From contig OZ271854.1 of assembly GCA_965601925.1 (NCBI GenBank), positions 2,368,001 through 2,432,000 on the forward strand: a stretch of 64,000 nucleotides of DNA, written 5' to 3'. Shown here piece by piece: positions 28,177 to 38,176 of this stretch (the first letter of the stretch is position 1; the number at the start of each line of letters is the position of its first letter). The position numbers and the translations under genes were made by a program. The notes under the pieces were generated by a model. It ran no database searches, had not been told where the DNA came from, and was given only the letters and a program-made list of their open reading frames with translations. Source of the DNA: Alkalispirochaeta sp. Its GTDB lineage: Bacteria > Spirochaetota > Spirochaetia > DSM-27196 > Alkalispirochaetaceae.

Positions 28177-28947
28177 CTATCTGATCGTGTCGAGGTAGGC
28201 CGTATTGAAAAAACGCTCCTCGACCCGCTCAGAGTTGAACTCCAGGTACTCGGTGACGATGACGCTCACCGAATCTCTCGCCAGGCTCCGCATCGTGATG
28301 TGGAAGGGATACTCGATATCTGCAACGACGCGAAAGTCCTCCAGCTCCATAACCTTGATCGCCGCGCCGTCCTCAAAGTACTCGATGCGTCGGTAGCGAT
28401 GTTCGGCCTCGGTTATCCAGACCGTGAGCCGTTCGTAGGCGTCGCGTTCGCCGTCCCGCGGCGTGAGCATTAAGCGGTGACATCGGACACCGTCGATGCG
28501 CTCCATACCGTCGTAGGTCGCCCGGTAGCGGTCGGAGAAGCTGCGGCTCCCCTCGCCCATGTCGGCATAGGAGAAGTCGCTTCCTGCGGCGGAGTTTTTT
28601 TTCGCCGAGGAGCTCAATTTGCGGACGCGTCCGGTCGAGGCGAAGCGCACCCACAGGTCGTCGCCCACCATCAGATAGGCCGTCCCGGACACCCGGGGGG
28701 GCGAGAGAAAGATCGACAGCGACCGCGAAACGCCCTCTCGCGACTCCAACTCGTAGCCTTCAATGACTTGCGGAGCCTGATCGCGGCCGGAGCGGGTGAC
28801 GTGGAGTGTGCTCCTGGAGTAGACGCCGTCGAGGCGGAAGATGCGATCCGCGTCGGTGAGGATAGCCGTTGCGTCCTGGGACGTTACGGTCGACACCGCC
28901 GCGACCGACGCGAGTACGATGAGTATCAGGATGGTTCTTGTCTTCAT
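28177..28947 (-). CDS. outer-membrane lipoprotein-sorting protein (LolA-like)
   Basis: Signal peptide; F.SP..V.GT.YL, G.VRKL, GSDFSY.D and F....L motifs; ATG at 28947. Confidence 0.85.
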   Translation of the reverse strand: MKTRTILILIVLASVAAVSTVTSQDATAILTDADRIFRLDGVYSRSTLHVTRSGRDQAPQVIEGYELESREGVSRSLSIFLSPPRVSGTAYLMVGDDLWVRFASTGRVRKLSSSAKKNSAAGSDFSYADMGEGSRSFSDRYRATYDGMERIDGVRCHRLMLTPRDGERDAYERLTVWITEAEHRYRRIEYFEDGAAIKVMELEDFRVVADIEYPFHITMRSLARDSVSVIVTEYLEFNSERVEERFFNTAYLDTIR

Positions 28948-28948
28948 G

Positions 28949-31708
28949 TTAACGATCTTCCTTTCCGAACAGTCGGGGTGACAGATTCCACTTCCAGCGT
29001 TCCGACGCGATGACGAGGAACGCCGGGTGAAACAGAACTGCGTAGATGAATGCCAGCGCCATCGCCACCGTGAGCACGATTCCCGTACTGCGCATCGCAC
29101 GCATGATCGACGGAATAAAGGAGGCGAACCCGATCATGGTCGTTGCGGTGGTAAGGGCGACCGCCGAACCGGTGCGCGAGAGCGCGGTGGCCATATTCCC
29201 TCGCCCCTCGAGTAGATAGCGATGGTTGATATGTACCGAGTTGTCGACGCCGATTCCCACCAGAAGCGGGATGGCGATGATGTTTATGAAGTCGAATTTG
29301 ATATCGAATATCGCCATCACCCCGTAGAGAGAGACAAATGAGAAAAACAACGGTACGAATGTCAGCCCTACGAGGCGCAGGTTGCGAAAGTCGAGGAGTA
29401 GTATGGCACCTACGGCGACGAGGGCCGCGATCATCGCCCTCACACCGTCGCGTCGCGCGATGGCGGTCAGTTGGTCCGCCGCCAGGATCATCCCGGTACC
29501 GCGATCGGTGACCGTCGACACCTGAGCCGTAAACACGGAGCGGTAGCGACCTTCCCACGGGTTGCGGCGCGGCGAGATCGTCGTCAAGGTGGACTCGCCG
29601 TCGCGAGATAGGAATGTGTCTCGCGTCATCGGCGGCAAGTCGGCCAGGGTCACCTCATCGGTGCCGGCCATTTCGTATAGCCGCCCTGCAAGGCGCCTCG
29701 AGAAGGCGTCGCGGTAGGCGACGAGTGAGTCCGTATGGAACTCCCCCGACTCGAGCGTTTCCAAGAGGCGATCAAAGACCGACGGTGCGACTTTGGTCCC
29801 TGCGGCGTCGAGACCGGTGGCGCGATTGAGTGCAAAGGCGGCACGATCGGTTCCGCCGAGGACGGCTAAATCGCCCATCTCGATCAAGTTGGCCTCGAGG
29901 CGGTAGAGCTCATCAATGAGGAGGTCCAGATCGGGCTCCACACGCGGTTGCCACCCTGCGACATTGTCCCGAATATCCCGTAAGTATGCCCGACGTTCCG
30001 CCTGTGCGGCCTCCGTGGGCCACCAGTCGGTAATCGCGTCCACCATCTTCACCGACTCCAAGTCTTCCAGCTCATCTACGATGCGTGGGAGCTCCGAACG
30101 CCCCTCCGAGATGACGTAGAGTACATCCGGCGCCGCGCCGAACTCATCGACCATCGTATCCTGAAGCGCTATCGATTCGAGCCCTTCGGCCTCCATCTCC
30201 ATAAGATTGTCCTCCAGCTCCACCCGCGGCGCTTGGGACCCGAGCGCGACTCCCAACGTGAGGAGGGCCAGAACCGTCGCACCGGGGCGGCGCGCTACGG
30301 TACGGGCGATGCCGCCGGCGAACTCCGATCGGGTGGGTGACGCTTTGGCGACGACGGGGTCGGTTGCCCCGGTACGTTCCAGGCGCTTTTGGCGCCGCCC
30401 CAAGAGGGCCGGCACCACCATCAGCATCGCCGCCAACTCGCAGAGAATCCCGACCCCGGCGACGATGGCCAACTCGCGAACCATCTCGCTCTCCGCGAGA
30501 AGGAGCGCAAAGAAGGCTGCGGCGGTGGTGAAGGCACCGGTCACGATGCCCTTCCCGCTCTTGGCGAAGCTCGCGGTGAGAGCGGTGAGGAACTGTCGAC
30601 CGCGGACGCGCTCCTGTACAAAGCCGGTCATGAGATGCACGGCGTAGTCGACACCCAGCCCTACGAGGGCTACCAGGTACATCGCGGTCATGATATTGAG
30701 GCGCCGCATCGTGAAACCGGTGATCCCCGTCGTCCAGACGATACCGAGGAGGAGGGGGACGCCGACGATGATCGGGGTCGACCGAATGCGAAACACCGCG
30801 ATCATCAGTGTCAGAATCAGAATAACGGCGATAGACATCGAGAGGGCGAACCCTTGCTCGGACGTAACCATTTCGTCGCGTCCGACCACGGTGAAGCCGG
30901 TGAGTCCCGCCTCGACGCCGTGTGCGGCGGCGATCTCTTTGACACGCGCATCGATTCGGTTCGTCTCCGAAACGAGGGGGCCGAGGTCGTTTATGGTATA
31001 GGTCGGGTTGAGGAACACGAGCCCCATGTCCTCCGAGCGGCTCAGGAAATAGGTCTCACCGATAAGATATTCGTCCAACGTCGCCTCGATCGCCTCACCA
31101 TCGATCCCGTCGCCCTCTACCGCGTGCGCAAGGCCGTCAAGGATGCCTTCCACCCCACCGACCCACGCGACCAGCTGCGCTTCGTCGTCTTCCAATGCGT
31201 CTCCGTCGCCCGAGTATTCCCGCTCAAGGTCGTCGTTTAGGGCGGATAGGAACGGGAGTATATCGGGGTCGGCGTGGATTCTTTGGAGGCGTTCCAGGTC
31301 TTTCGGCTCTACAAGGAGGAGGCCGTAGTCTCGGACAAACTGCCGGTCGACCTTGTTGTACACCCCCTCCACCGCGGATGAGAACTCCTCGGAGGCGAAG
31401 ACGGTGGCCATCTCGTCGATAACCCGCTTTACCGTTTCGGTGGCGTGTTCCCCTCCGACCGCACGGCCGTCGACGACGACGACGATGGTGGAGGCGAATG
31501 GATACTCCGCCGTGATACGCTTGAGGTCCTGCACCTGAGGAGAACTCTGCGGCATGATGGAGAAGAAGGTCATATCCAGTTTCAAAAGTGATACGCCGAC
31601 GAGCATGATCAGCGTGATCGTCAGCGCGGCGAGGAGAACACGCTCCGGATGGAGGCCCGCCCACGCCGCCCAGCGTGAGAGCGCACCGCGCTCACGATAC
31701 TCATTCAT
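28949..31708 (-). CDS. MMPL/RND family transporter (HpnN-like architecture)
   Basis: Duplicated 1+5 TM halves; GLGVDYAVH, TTAAAF, GIGVDNSVH and TTMIGF motifs. Confidence 0.92.
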   Translation of the reverse strand: MNEYRERGALSRWAAWAGLHPERVLLAALTITLIMLVGVSLLKLDMTFFSIMPQSSPQVQDLKRITAEYPFASTIVVVVDGRAVGGEHATETVKRVIDEMATVFASEEFSSAVEGVYNKVDRQFVRDYGLLLVEPKDLERLQRIHADPDILPFLSALNDDLEREYSGDGDALEDDEAQLVAWVGGVEGILDGLAHAVEGDGIDGEAIEATLDEYLIGETYFLSRSEDMGLVFLNPTYTINDLGPLVSETNRIDARVKEIAAAHGVEAGLTGFTVVGRDEMVTSEQGFALSMSIAVILILTLMIAVFRIRSTPIIVGVPLLLGIVWTTGITGFTMRRLNIMTAMYLVALVGLGVDYAVHLMTGFVQERVRGRQFLTALTASFAKSGKGIVTGAFTTAAAFFALLLAESEMVRELAIVAGVGILCELAAMLMVVPALLGRRQKRLERTGATDPVVAKASPTRSEFAGGIARTVARRPGATVLALLTLGVALGSQAPRVELEDNLMEMEAEGLESIALQDTMVDEFGAAPDVLYVISEGRSELPRIVDELEDLESVKMVDAITDWWPTEAAQAERRAYLRDIRDNVAGWQPRVEPDLDLLIDELYRLEANLIEMGDLAVLGGTDRAAFALNRATGLDAAGTKVAPSVFDRLLETLESGEFHTDSLVAYRDAFSRRLAGRLYEMAGTDEVTLADLPPMTRDTFLSRDGESTLTTISPRRNPWEGRYRSVFTAQVSTVTDRGTGMILAADQLTAIARRDGVRAMIAALVAVGAILLLDFRNLRLVGLTFVPLFFSFVSLYGVMAIFDIKFDFINIIAIPLLVGIGVDNSVHINHRYLLEGRGNMATALSRTGSAVALTTATTMIGFASFIPSIMRAMRSTGIVLTVAMALAFIYAVLFHPAFLVIASERWKWNLSPRLFGKEDR

Positions 31709-32343
31709 AGTACCTCCTTCGTCTCAGCGCGATCCACCGCAGCGATTCGCGCCCAAATCGCATTGCACACCCGGGGGCCTAAAACGGCGTATTCCTTGCG
31801 ATCGTTGAGGGCTCCCAACAACAGCGCGCCTTCATAGAAGGCCGTTATTTCATAGGCGACCGCCTCTATATCCACATCACCACGGATCTCTCCCTGCGCC
31901 GCCGCCGCTTCCATCGCATCGACGAGATTCTCCCGGAAGGCGGTGTAGATCTCGTCGACTCGTTCGTGAAGCTCGGGAAATTTCTTGAGGGACGCCAAAA
32001 GAAGGTAGAGCACGTTGCGGTACTCAGAGAGGGCCTCCAACAACCCGATCTCCTCAGCCATTCGGCTGAGCGTCTCCTCCATCCAAAATAGATTCTCCAT
32101 GAATTCCCGAAACGAGCGGTGCCGCCGGAGTGACGCCACGAACCACTCCTCCATGATATCGAACAGGTGCACGACCGAAGCCTTGAAGAGGTCGTCCTTC
32201 CCTTTGAAGTAGTGATAGATCGCACCCTTCGTCACTCCCAAGGCCTCGGCGATATCGTTAAGTGATGAGCGCTCAAAGTCGTGTTTGGCAAAAAATTGCA
32301 ACGCCTTGAGCTCCAGTTGTTCTTTCGTTTCCCTACTACCCAC
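31705..32343 (-). CDS. TetR/AcrR family transcriptional regulator
   Basis: F...SLNDIA..LGVTKGAIYHYFKGKDDLF HTH; GEIR. Confidence 0.93.
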   Translation of the reverse strand: MGSRETKEQLELKALQFFAKHDFERSSLNDIAEALGVTKGAIYHYFKGKDDLFKASVVHLFDIMEEWFVASLRRHRSFREFMENLFWMEETLSRMAEEIGLLEALSEYRNVLYLLLASLKKFPELHERVDEIYTAFRENLVDAMEAAAAQGEIRGDVDIEAVAYEITAFYEGALLLGALNDRKEYAVLGPRVCNAIWARIAAVDRAETKEVL

Positions 32344-32347
32344 AAAA

Positions 32348-32404
32348 ACCTACCTTAGGTATCTTTATAGTACCTACTGTAGGTATGTTCTGGAGAGCTG
32401 TCAA
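32348..32404 (-). promoter_or_regulatory. tetR promoter with two ACCTAC-N-GTAGGT-type operators
   Basis: TTGACA (32399-404), 17 bp, TACAGT (32376-81); TACCTACTGTAGGTA at 32371-85 and ACCTACCTTAGGT at 32348-60. Confidence 0.75.
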
Positions 32405-32408
32405 GCTT

Positions 32409-32460
32409 TTTCGCCGAAACCCGGGAAGACGGTGGTACCGAAGGTGACGGCTGTACTGCG
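32409..32460 (-). pseudogene. relic of the 3' end of the ICMT-family methyltransferase gene
   Basis: Aligns with 39490-39545; reads roughly QYSRHLRYHRLPG versus EYSRQVRYRLFPG. Confidence 0.55.
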
Positions 32461-32515
32461 TCCACCGGCGGTTCGCGTCGGGTAGCGACGCAGCGCAAAA
32501 AAAACACATAGACTA

Positions 32516-32546
32516 TTGCTATTGTACTAATGATTTAGTACAATAG
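32516..32546 (+). promoter_or_regulatory. gntR promoter with a YtrA-type palindromic operator
   Basis: CTATTGTACTAA-TGAT-TTAGTACAATAG with perfect 12-bp arms (32519-46), overlapping TTGCTA-17-TACAAT. Confidence 0.78.
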
Positions 32547-32563
32547 ATAACAGAGACAAACAG

Positions 32564-32968
32564 ATGGCACCAGATCGAAGTACCAAGGAGTTGGATTTTG
32601 TGCTCGACCAGACCAGCGGGGTTCCGTACTACCGCCAGATCATCAAACAGGTCGAAATGGCGATCGCCGACGGTAGGTTGGCAAAGGGTTCGCAGCTACC
32701 GACCGTTCGGAGTCTGGCGGTGAGCCTCCAGATCAATCCCAATACGGTCGGTCGCGCGTACAACGAGATGGAGATCCGCGGCATCGTGAACACACAGCAG
32801 GGCACCGGAACGTTTATCAGCGACAAGACGATCGATCTGACCGACGAGGAGCGTAACGAAGTGCTCACCACCTTGATCCGGTCGTTCCTGGCAAGTGCGT
32901 CGTCGTACGGATTCTCTATCGCGGAGATTATCGAGCAGTTGGAACTGCTCAAGGAAGAAGCGCCATGA
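32564..32968 (+). CDS. GntR family regulator, YtrA subfamily
   Basis: P.Y.QI, LPTVRSLA..L.INPNTV.RAY and G.GTF motifs; short C-terminal domain; heads an ABC operon. Confidence 0.92.
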   Translation: MAPDRSTKELDFVLDQTSGVPYYRQIIKQVEMAIADGRLAKGSQLPTVRSLAVSLQINPNTVGRAYNEMEIRGIVNTQQGTGTFISDKTIDLTDEERNEVLTTLIRSFLASASSYGFSIAEIIEQLELLKEEAP

Positions 32969-34125
32969 AGCTACCAAAATTTCGAACCACGAATTCCATC
33001 GAGGTGGACGGTACCTTTACGGTGCCGCCGGTTCGCCGCAGGCGGAACCACTTCCAGTTCAACACGTTTTCGGCGCTCATCGCGTTGATTTTCGCGGCAA
33101 CCAGCATATCGGTTCAGAGCGCCGTGACCGGGAGCCTGGAAGCCGAGATGGTGATGCTGCTGGCGGTCGGCTCGCTTGTAGGCGCCGCGTTGCTGTTCGT
33201 TCTGTCGTACTGGCCGGTGGTGATCGTCGTGATCGCGGCCTTCTGGGCGGCGCCCCAGCTCCTGTTCGAGACCGAGGTCTACATCGCGTCGGCGATCCTC
33301 ACGGTGGGATTCCTCTTTGCGCCGGGCGTCGAAGTGATCGACCAATGGAACAAGATTGTCGTGCTACGCCTCGGCAGGTTTCACCGTGTAAAAGGCCCCG
33401 GACTGATTCTACTCATCCCGCTGGTCGACGAGGTGGCGGGGTACGTCGATACACGCATCCGAGTGACCGACTTCTCGGCTGAGAAGAGCCTGACCCTCGA
33501 CACGGTGCCGGTACATGTCGACGCGTTGGCGTTTTGGATGGTCTGGGATCCGGCCAAGGCGGTTTTAGAGGTTCAGAACTACGAGGACGCCGTGAGCCTT
33601 TCCGCCCAAACCGCGCTGCGATCGAGCATAGGGTGTCACAACTTGACCGCACTCCTGAGCAACCGCGATCGGCTGGGCGAAGAGATCCAGAAGATCGTCG
33701 ATGCCAAGACCAACCCGTGGGGTATCACGATTATCTCGGTCGAGTTCAAGGAGATCCTGGTACCGAAGGAACTGGAGGACGCGCTCAGTCGGCAGGCTCA
33801 GGCCGAACGCGAGCGCGAATCGCGCGTCATCCTCGGCTCGACCGAGGCGGAAGTGGCGGCGTCGTTCCGTGAAGCGGCCCAACAGTACCGCGACGATCCG
33901 ACGGCGCTGCAGCTGCGCGCGATGAACATGATCTACGAAAGCATTCGCAACAAGGGTGGTTTGGTATTGGCCCCCGCTTCGGCGCTTCAGTCGATGAACT
34001 TGGGAGCGGTATTGGGAACCGCCGCGTACACCGGCCACACCGGCGGCGCGGCGCCGCAGCCCGATCACGTACCCGAGGCCGAGAGCACCCAACAACAGAG
34101 CGAGAAACCCGTGTCGGACGGCTAA
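32965..34125 (+). CDS. SPFH/stomatin (slipin) family protein with extra N-terminal TM helices
   Basis: VVLRLGRF, GPGL..LIP.VD, AQTALRS.IG, WGI, QA.AERE and ALQLR motifs. Confidence 0.9.
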   Translation: MKLPKFRTTNSIEVDGTFTVPPVRRRRNHFQFNTFSALIALIFAATSISVQSAVTGSLEAEMVMLLAVGSLVGAALLFVLSYWPVVIVVIAAFWAAPQLLFETEVYIASAILTVGFLFAPGVEVIDQWNKIVVLRLGRFHRVKGPGLILLIPLVDEVAGYVDTRIRVTDFSAEKSLTLDTVPVHVDALAFWMVWDPAKAVLEVQNYEDAVSLSAQTALRSSIGCHNLTALLSNRDRLGEEIQKIVDAKTNPWGITIISVEFKEILVPKELEDALSRQAQAERERESRVILGSTEAEVAASFREAAQQYRDDPTALQLRAMNMIYESIRNKGGLVLAPASALQSMNLGAVLGTAAYTGHTGGAAPQPDHVPEAESTQQQSEKPVSDG

Positions 34126-34155
34126 CGGCGGCCGACGCACTACGGAGGATGCACA

Positions 34156-34854
34156 ATGATAACGATTACTGAAGTACACAAGACCTACGTCAGCGGAGAG
34201 ACATCCGTCCACGCGCTACGCGGCATCGATCTTACGATCGATCCGGGCGAGTTTTTGGCGATCGCCGGGCCGTCCGGTTCGGGCAAGAGTACGCTCTTGA
34301 ACATCATCGGTTGCCTGGACGTACCGGATCACGGTTCGGTGCGCATGCGACGAGACGAGGAGATCACCGAGCTGCCGGCCAACGAGCGCGCGAGTTTCCG
34401 ACGCGACCATTTGGGCTTCATTTTCCAGAGCTTCAACTTGGTGCCGGTGCTCAGCGCCGCCGAGAACGTAGCGCTGAGCCTACAGCTCGTGGGGCACGAT
34501 CGCGCCGATGCGGAACGCGAAGCCCGCGACATGCTGGCGCAGGTGGGGCTGCGCGGCATGGAGGACCGGCGACCGTCGCGACTGTCGGGCGGCCAGCAGC
34601 AGCGGGTCGCGATCGCGCGCGCCTTGGTCAAGCGGCCCTTGTTGATACTGGCCGACGAGCCGACGGCCAACCTGGACTCCGAAACCGGCGACGAGATTTT
34701 GGAGCTGATGCACGCGATGAACCGGGAGAACGGCACCACCTTTGTGTTCTCGACGCACGACCCCAAAGTAATGAATAAATCCAGTCGCCTGGTCCGATTG
34801 ACCGACGGCCGGGTCTCCGAGGATCGGCGTGCGCGGGAGGTGGTGCATGGCTAA
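34156..34854 (+). CDS. ABC transporter ATP-binding protein (LolD/MacB-like)
   Basis: GPSGSGKS, GFIFQSFNL, LSGGQQQRVAIARAL, ADEPTANLD and STHD motifs. Confidence 0.95.
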   Translation: MITITEVHKTYVSGETSVHALRGIDLTIDPGEFLAIAGPSGSGKSTLLNIIGCLDVPDHGSVRMRRDEEITELPANERASFRRDHLGFIFQSFNLVPVLSAAENVALSLQLVGHDRADAEREARDMLAQVGLRGMEDRRPSRLSGGQQQRVAIARALVKRPLLILADEPTANLDSETGDEILELMHAMNRENGTTFVFSTHDPKVMNKSSRLVRLTDGRVSEDRRAREVVHG

Positions 34855-36136
34855 CACGACGCGAGGAAGCCGCGAGTTCTGGAACGAGTTGGCCGCCGAC
34901 GCCACCTTGGCGTGGCGCAACGTGTTTCGTCACACCAAGCGGACGCTGATCACCGCCGGTGCATTGGCGATCGGGCTCACGTCATATTTGGCGATGGATT
35001 CGTTACTCAAGGGCATGAGCGTCGATAGCGAACGCAACTTGATGTGGTACGAGACCGGGGCGGTTCAGGTGATCGACACCCAGTATCTGGAGGAGCGCAA
35101 CGAGCGCAGCCTCGATCACTTGGTTGAACAGACCGCACAGATCGACGCGGCGTTGCAAGCCGCGGGGTACGCAACCGCGCCGCGCACCGTCTTTGCCGCC
35201 GATTTGGTCGTATTTCGCGATCCGTATCCGGAAGACGGGTCGCTGCCGGTCGTGGCGCACGCGATCGACCCGGAGCGGGACGGTCAGGTCTATCGCTTGG
35301 CCGATCAAATCAGCGCGGGTCGCTACCTCAGGCCGGACGGCGACGAAGCGCTTATCGGCAGTTGGTTGGCAGAAGATATCGGCGCCGAGCCGGGCTTCTA
35401 CCTGACCCTGGTGACCCGTACCGCCGACCGCGTGTTTCAGACGATCGACGTCGAGATCGTCGGCATCGTCGATACGCCCAACCCGATTATCAATCGCGCC
35501 GCGGTGTTCTTACCGCTCGAGGTCGCCGAGTACTACCTCGAGACCGACGGCGCCGTGGCGGAGATCGCGATCGACGGGCCGATTAACGGCAACCTGCGCC
35601 GTCTTAAGGGAGACGTGACCGAGGTGCTGGCGGCGTTTTCCGACATCCGGGTGGTCGACTGGCGCGAGCTGGCGCCCGAATTGGTGGCGGCCCAACAGGG
35701 CGACGTCGTCGGCAGCGTCGTGATTCTGGGATTGGTCTTTATCATCGCGGCGGTTGGCGTCGGCAACACGATGCTGATGGCCACGATGGAACGTACGAGG
35801 GAGCTGGGTACGTTGCGCGCACTGGGGATGGGGCGCCGGAAGATCCTGCGTATGCTGCTGTTGGAGGCCGGCGGAGTCGGTCTGATCGGTGCCTTAGCCG
35901 GACTGGTGTTGGGGGCCGCTGCGGTTTCCGCACTGGTATACATCGGTATTGATTACGGCGACCTGTTACGCGACGCGAACGTCGGCTATCGCATGACCCG
36001 GATCGTGCGCGGCGCGTGGAATCCCAGCGCCTTTGTGGTTTCGGTCGTCGCCGGCGTGGGAATCGCGATGACGACCGCACTGGTGCCGGCTCTACGCACC
36101 ACCAGAGTCGAGGTCGCGGCGGCGTTGCGGGATTAG
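34847..36136 (+). CDS. ABC transporter permease (LolC/E, FtsX-like)
   Basis: LAWRN..R...RT, NTMLM...ERTRELG.LRALG and ALR C-terminus; ATG at 34847. Confidence 0.92.
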   Translation: MANTTRGSREFWNELAADATLAWRNVFRHTKRTLITAGALAIGLTSYLAMDSLLKGMSVDSERNLMWYETGAVQVIDTQYLEERNERSLDHLVEQTAQIDAALQAAGYATAPRTVFAADLVVFRDPYPEDGSLPVVAHAIDPERDGQVYRLADQISAGRYLRPDGDEALIGSWLAEDIGAEPGFYLTLVTRTADRVFQTIDVEIVGIVDTPNPIINRAAVFLPLEVAEYYLETDGAVAEIAIDGPINGNLRRLKGDVTEVLAAFSDIRVVDWRELAPELVAAQQGDVVGSVVILGLVFIIAAVGVGNTMLMATMERTRELGTLRALGMGRRKILRMLLLEAGGVGLIGALAGLVLGAAAVSALVYIGIDYGDLLRDANVGYRMTRIVRGAWNPSAFVVSVVAGVGIAMTTALVPALRTTRVEVAAALRD

Positions 36137-36148
36137 TAGGAGGGAGCA

Positions 36149-37399
36149 ATGAACTATTTAGCGATCGCATGGCGCAACATCGGACGTAACCGACGCCGGA
36201 GCGTGCTCTCGATGATCGCCGCCGGCATGGCCGCCTTAGCGATCATTATGCTGTTCGGCATGATCGGCGGCATGGCAAGCGACTTGGAGCACAACCTGAT
36301 CGGTTACTACACCGGCGAAGTCCGCATCCGCCACGAAGACTATAGCGCCAATGAGCAACTCTCGCCGATCCATCTGGCGATCGATCGTCCGAGCGAGCGC
36401 GTGGCGAAGCTGCAGAACGCCGGCGTCAACGCGGTGCCGCGATTGACGCTCGTCGGCGGCGTCTTCGACGAATCCAACCAGGAGGCGCTGTTGATAACCG
36501 GGGTCGATTTCGACCTGGAGCGCAACTATTCCCATATCGACGAGCGCGTGGCTGCCGGTGACTACGGCGAGGTTATCGCCGGCGCCGAAGGCGCTCTCGG
36601 AGGCCCCGTGATCACGCCGGCGTTGGTCGGAAACCGCGTGCCGGAGGAGTTGGGTCTTTCGTTGGGCGATACGTTCACCGTCGTCGCCCGTGCGGCGCTG
36701 GGACGCAGCAACGCGATGACCTTTCGCATCGCGGCGGTCGCGGACTTCCCCGTCGGACAGCAAAACGCAATGGCGGTGTGGATTCCGTTAGAGAGGGCCC
36801 AACGCTTGGCGATGTTGCCGAGTCAGACCGGGGAGATCCTGGCGCGCTTTCCCGATGGAACCGAGCCTGCCGTAGCGCTGGAACGCGTGGCGGCGGCGAT
36901 CGACACCGACGGGCTGGAAGTTCTGCACTGGAGCGAGATAGACACGGCGTATCAGTTTGTGGAGATGGCCAACGTCTCGTACGCCGTCATGGCGTTGATC
37001 TTCTTCGTCCTGGCCAGCACGGTGATCGTCAACACCACGATGATGGCGATCCACGAGCGTCGACGCGAGATCGGCACTCTGGCCGCGTTAGGATTCAAGT
37101 CCGGTCAAATCGTGCGGCTATTCTGGCTCGAGGCGTCGCTGTTGGGAGTGTTCGGATCGGTGGTCGGTGTCGCCTTGGGCCTCGTCGCGGTGTGGATAAC
37201 CGGCACGACCGGCCTCGATTTCAGCGGTCAGCTGGAAAACTCCGGCTTCGAGATGTCGAGCGTGCTGTATCCGAGTATCGCAACGGCGACCGTAGCATTG
37301 ATCTTCGGATTCTCGTGCGCGGTCGGCTCGCTAACCTCGCTACTGCCGACTATGCGCATCACCAAGCTGCAGCCGGTCGCCGCGCTACGCGAGGCGTAG
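36149..37399 (+). CDS. ABC transporter permease (LolC/E, FtsX-like)
   Basis: IAWRNI.RN.RRS, NT..M...ERRREIG.L.ALG and PV.ALR motifs. Confidence 0.92.
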   Translation: MNYLAIAWRNIGRNRRRSVLSMIAAGMAALAIIMLFGMIGGMASDLEHNLIGYYTGEVRIRHEDYSANEQLSPIHLAIDRPSERVAKLQNAGVNAVPRLTLVGGVFDESNQEALLITGVDFDLERNYSHIDERVAAGDYGEVIAGAEGALGGPVITPALVGNRVPEELGLSLGDTFTVVARAALGRSNAMTFRIAAVADFPVGQQNAMAVWIPLERAQRLAMLPSQTGEILARFPDGTEPAVALERVAAAIDTDGLEVLHWSEIDTAYQFVEMANVSYAVMALIFFVLASTVIVNTTMMAIHERRREIGTLAALGFKSGQIVRLFWLEASLLGVFGSVVGVALGLVAVWITGTTGLDFSGQLENSGFEMSSVLYPSIATATVALIFGFSCAVGSLTSLLPTMRITKLQPVAALREA

Positions 37400-37414
37400 C
37401 GCAACCTTTGGAGG

Positions 37415-38176
37415 ATGAACATGACGAATAACAAAACTATCGCAACGGTAGTCAGCGTCGCGGTTTTGGCGCTGATCGGCACCGGCGTCTGGGCTCAGGC
37501 GTTGTCGGCGGAGCAGATCGTGCGCCGCTTGGAGGAGAACCGCACCCCGGACGACAGCCGTTCGGAGGTCGTGATGACGATCACCGATCGCTTCGGAACG
37601 CGAACCAGCGAGTTGATCGCCTTTCAGCGCGGCGACGACGATACACTCATCGAGTTTACCAGCGCCGCCGAGCGCGGTCAGAAGGTGCTGCGCACCGAAT
37701 CGGAGATCTACCTGTTCTATCCCGACGCGGCCGAGCTGATTCGGCTGCAAGGTGCGGCGCTGCGCGACTCGATGGCGGGGTCGGACGTCAGTTATGAGGA
37801 TCTCACCGGCGGCCGGTCGTTGCTCGAAGATTACGAGGTCGAGCTGGTGGGCACCGACGCGATCGACGGCACCCCGACGCACGTGGTCGACCTGCGGGCG
37901 CGCCGCCGCAACGTCGCCTACCCACGACAGCGAATGTGGATCGACGCGGAAGTGTTTGTGGCGCTGCGCACCGAGCTGTCGGCGTTGAGCGGACGCTTGC
38001 TGAAGACGATCGAAGTGGAACGAATCGAGATTATCGACGGTCGGGCTTACCCGGTCGATATGGTCATCTCGGACGCGTTGCGCCGCGGCAGCTCGACGCG
38101 CGTCGAAACGACCGAGATCGCGATGAACATCGGCGTCGACCCGGACGTCTTTAGCCTGGACGCGCTGCAGTGGTAG
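37415..38176 (+). CDS. outer-membrane lipoprotein-sorting protein (LolA-like)
   Basis: Signal peptide; G.K.L, GSD.SYED, SGRLLK and F....L motifs. Confidence 0.85.
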   Translation: MNMTNNKTIATVVSVAVLALIGTGVWAQALSAEQIVRRLEENRTPDDSRSEVVMTITDRFGTRTSELIAFQRGDDDTLIEFTSAAERGQKVLRTESEIYLFYPDAAELIRLQGAALRDSMAGSDVSYEDLTGGRSLLEDYEVELVGTDAIDGTPTHVVDLRARRRNVAYPRQRMWIDAEVFVALRTELSALSGRLLKTIEVERIEIIDGRAYPVDMVISDALRRGSSTRVETTEIAMNIGVDPDVFSLDALQW

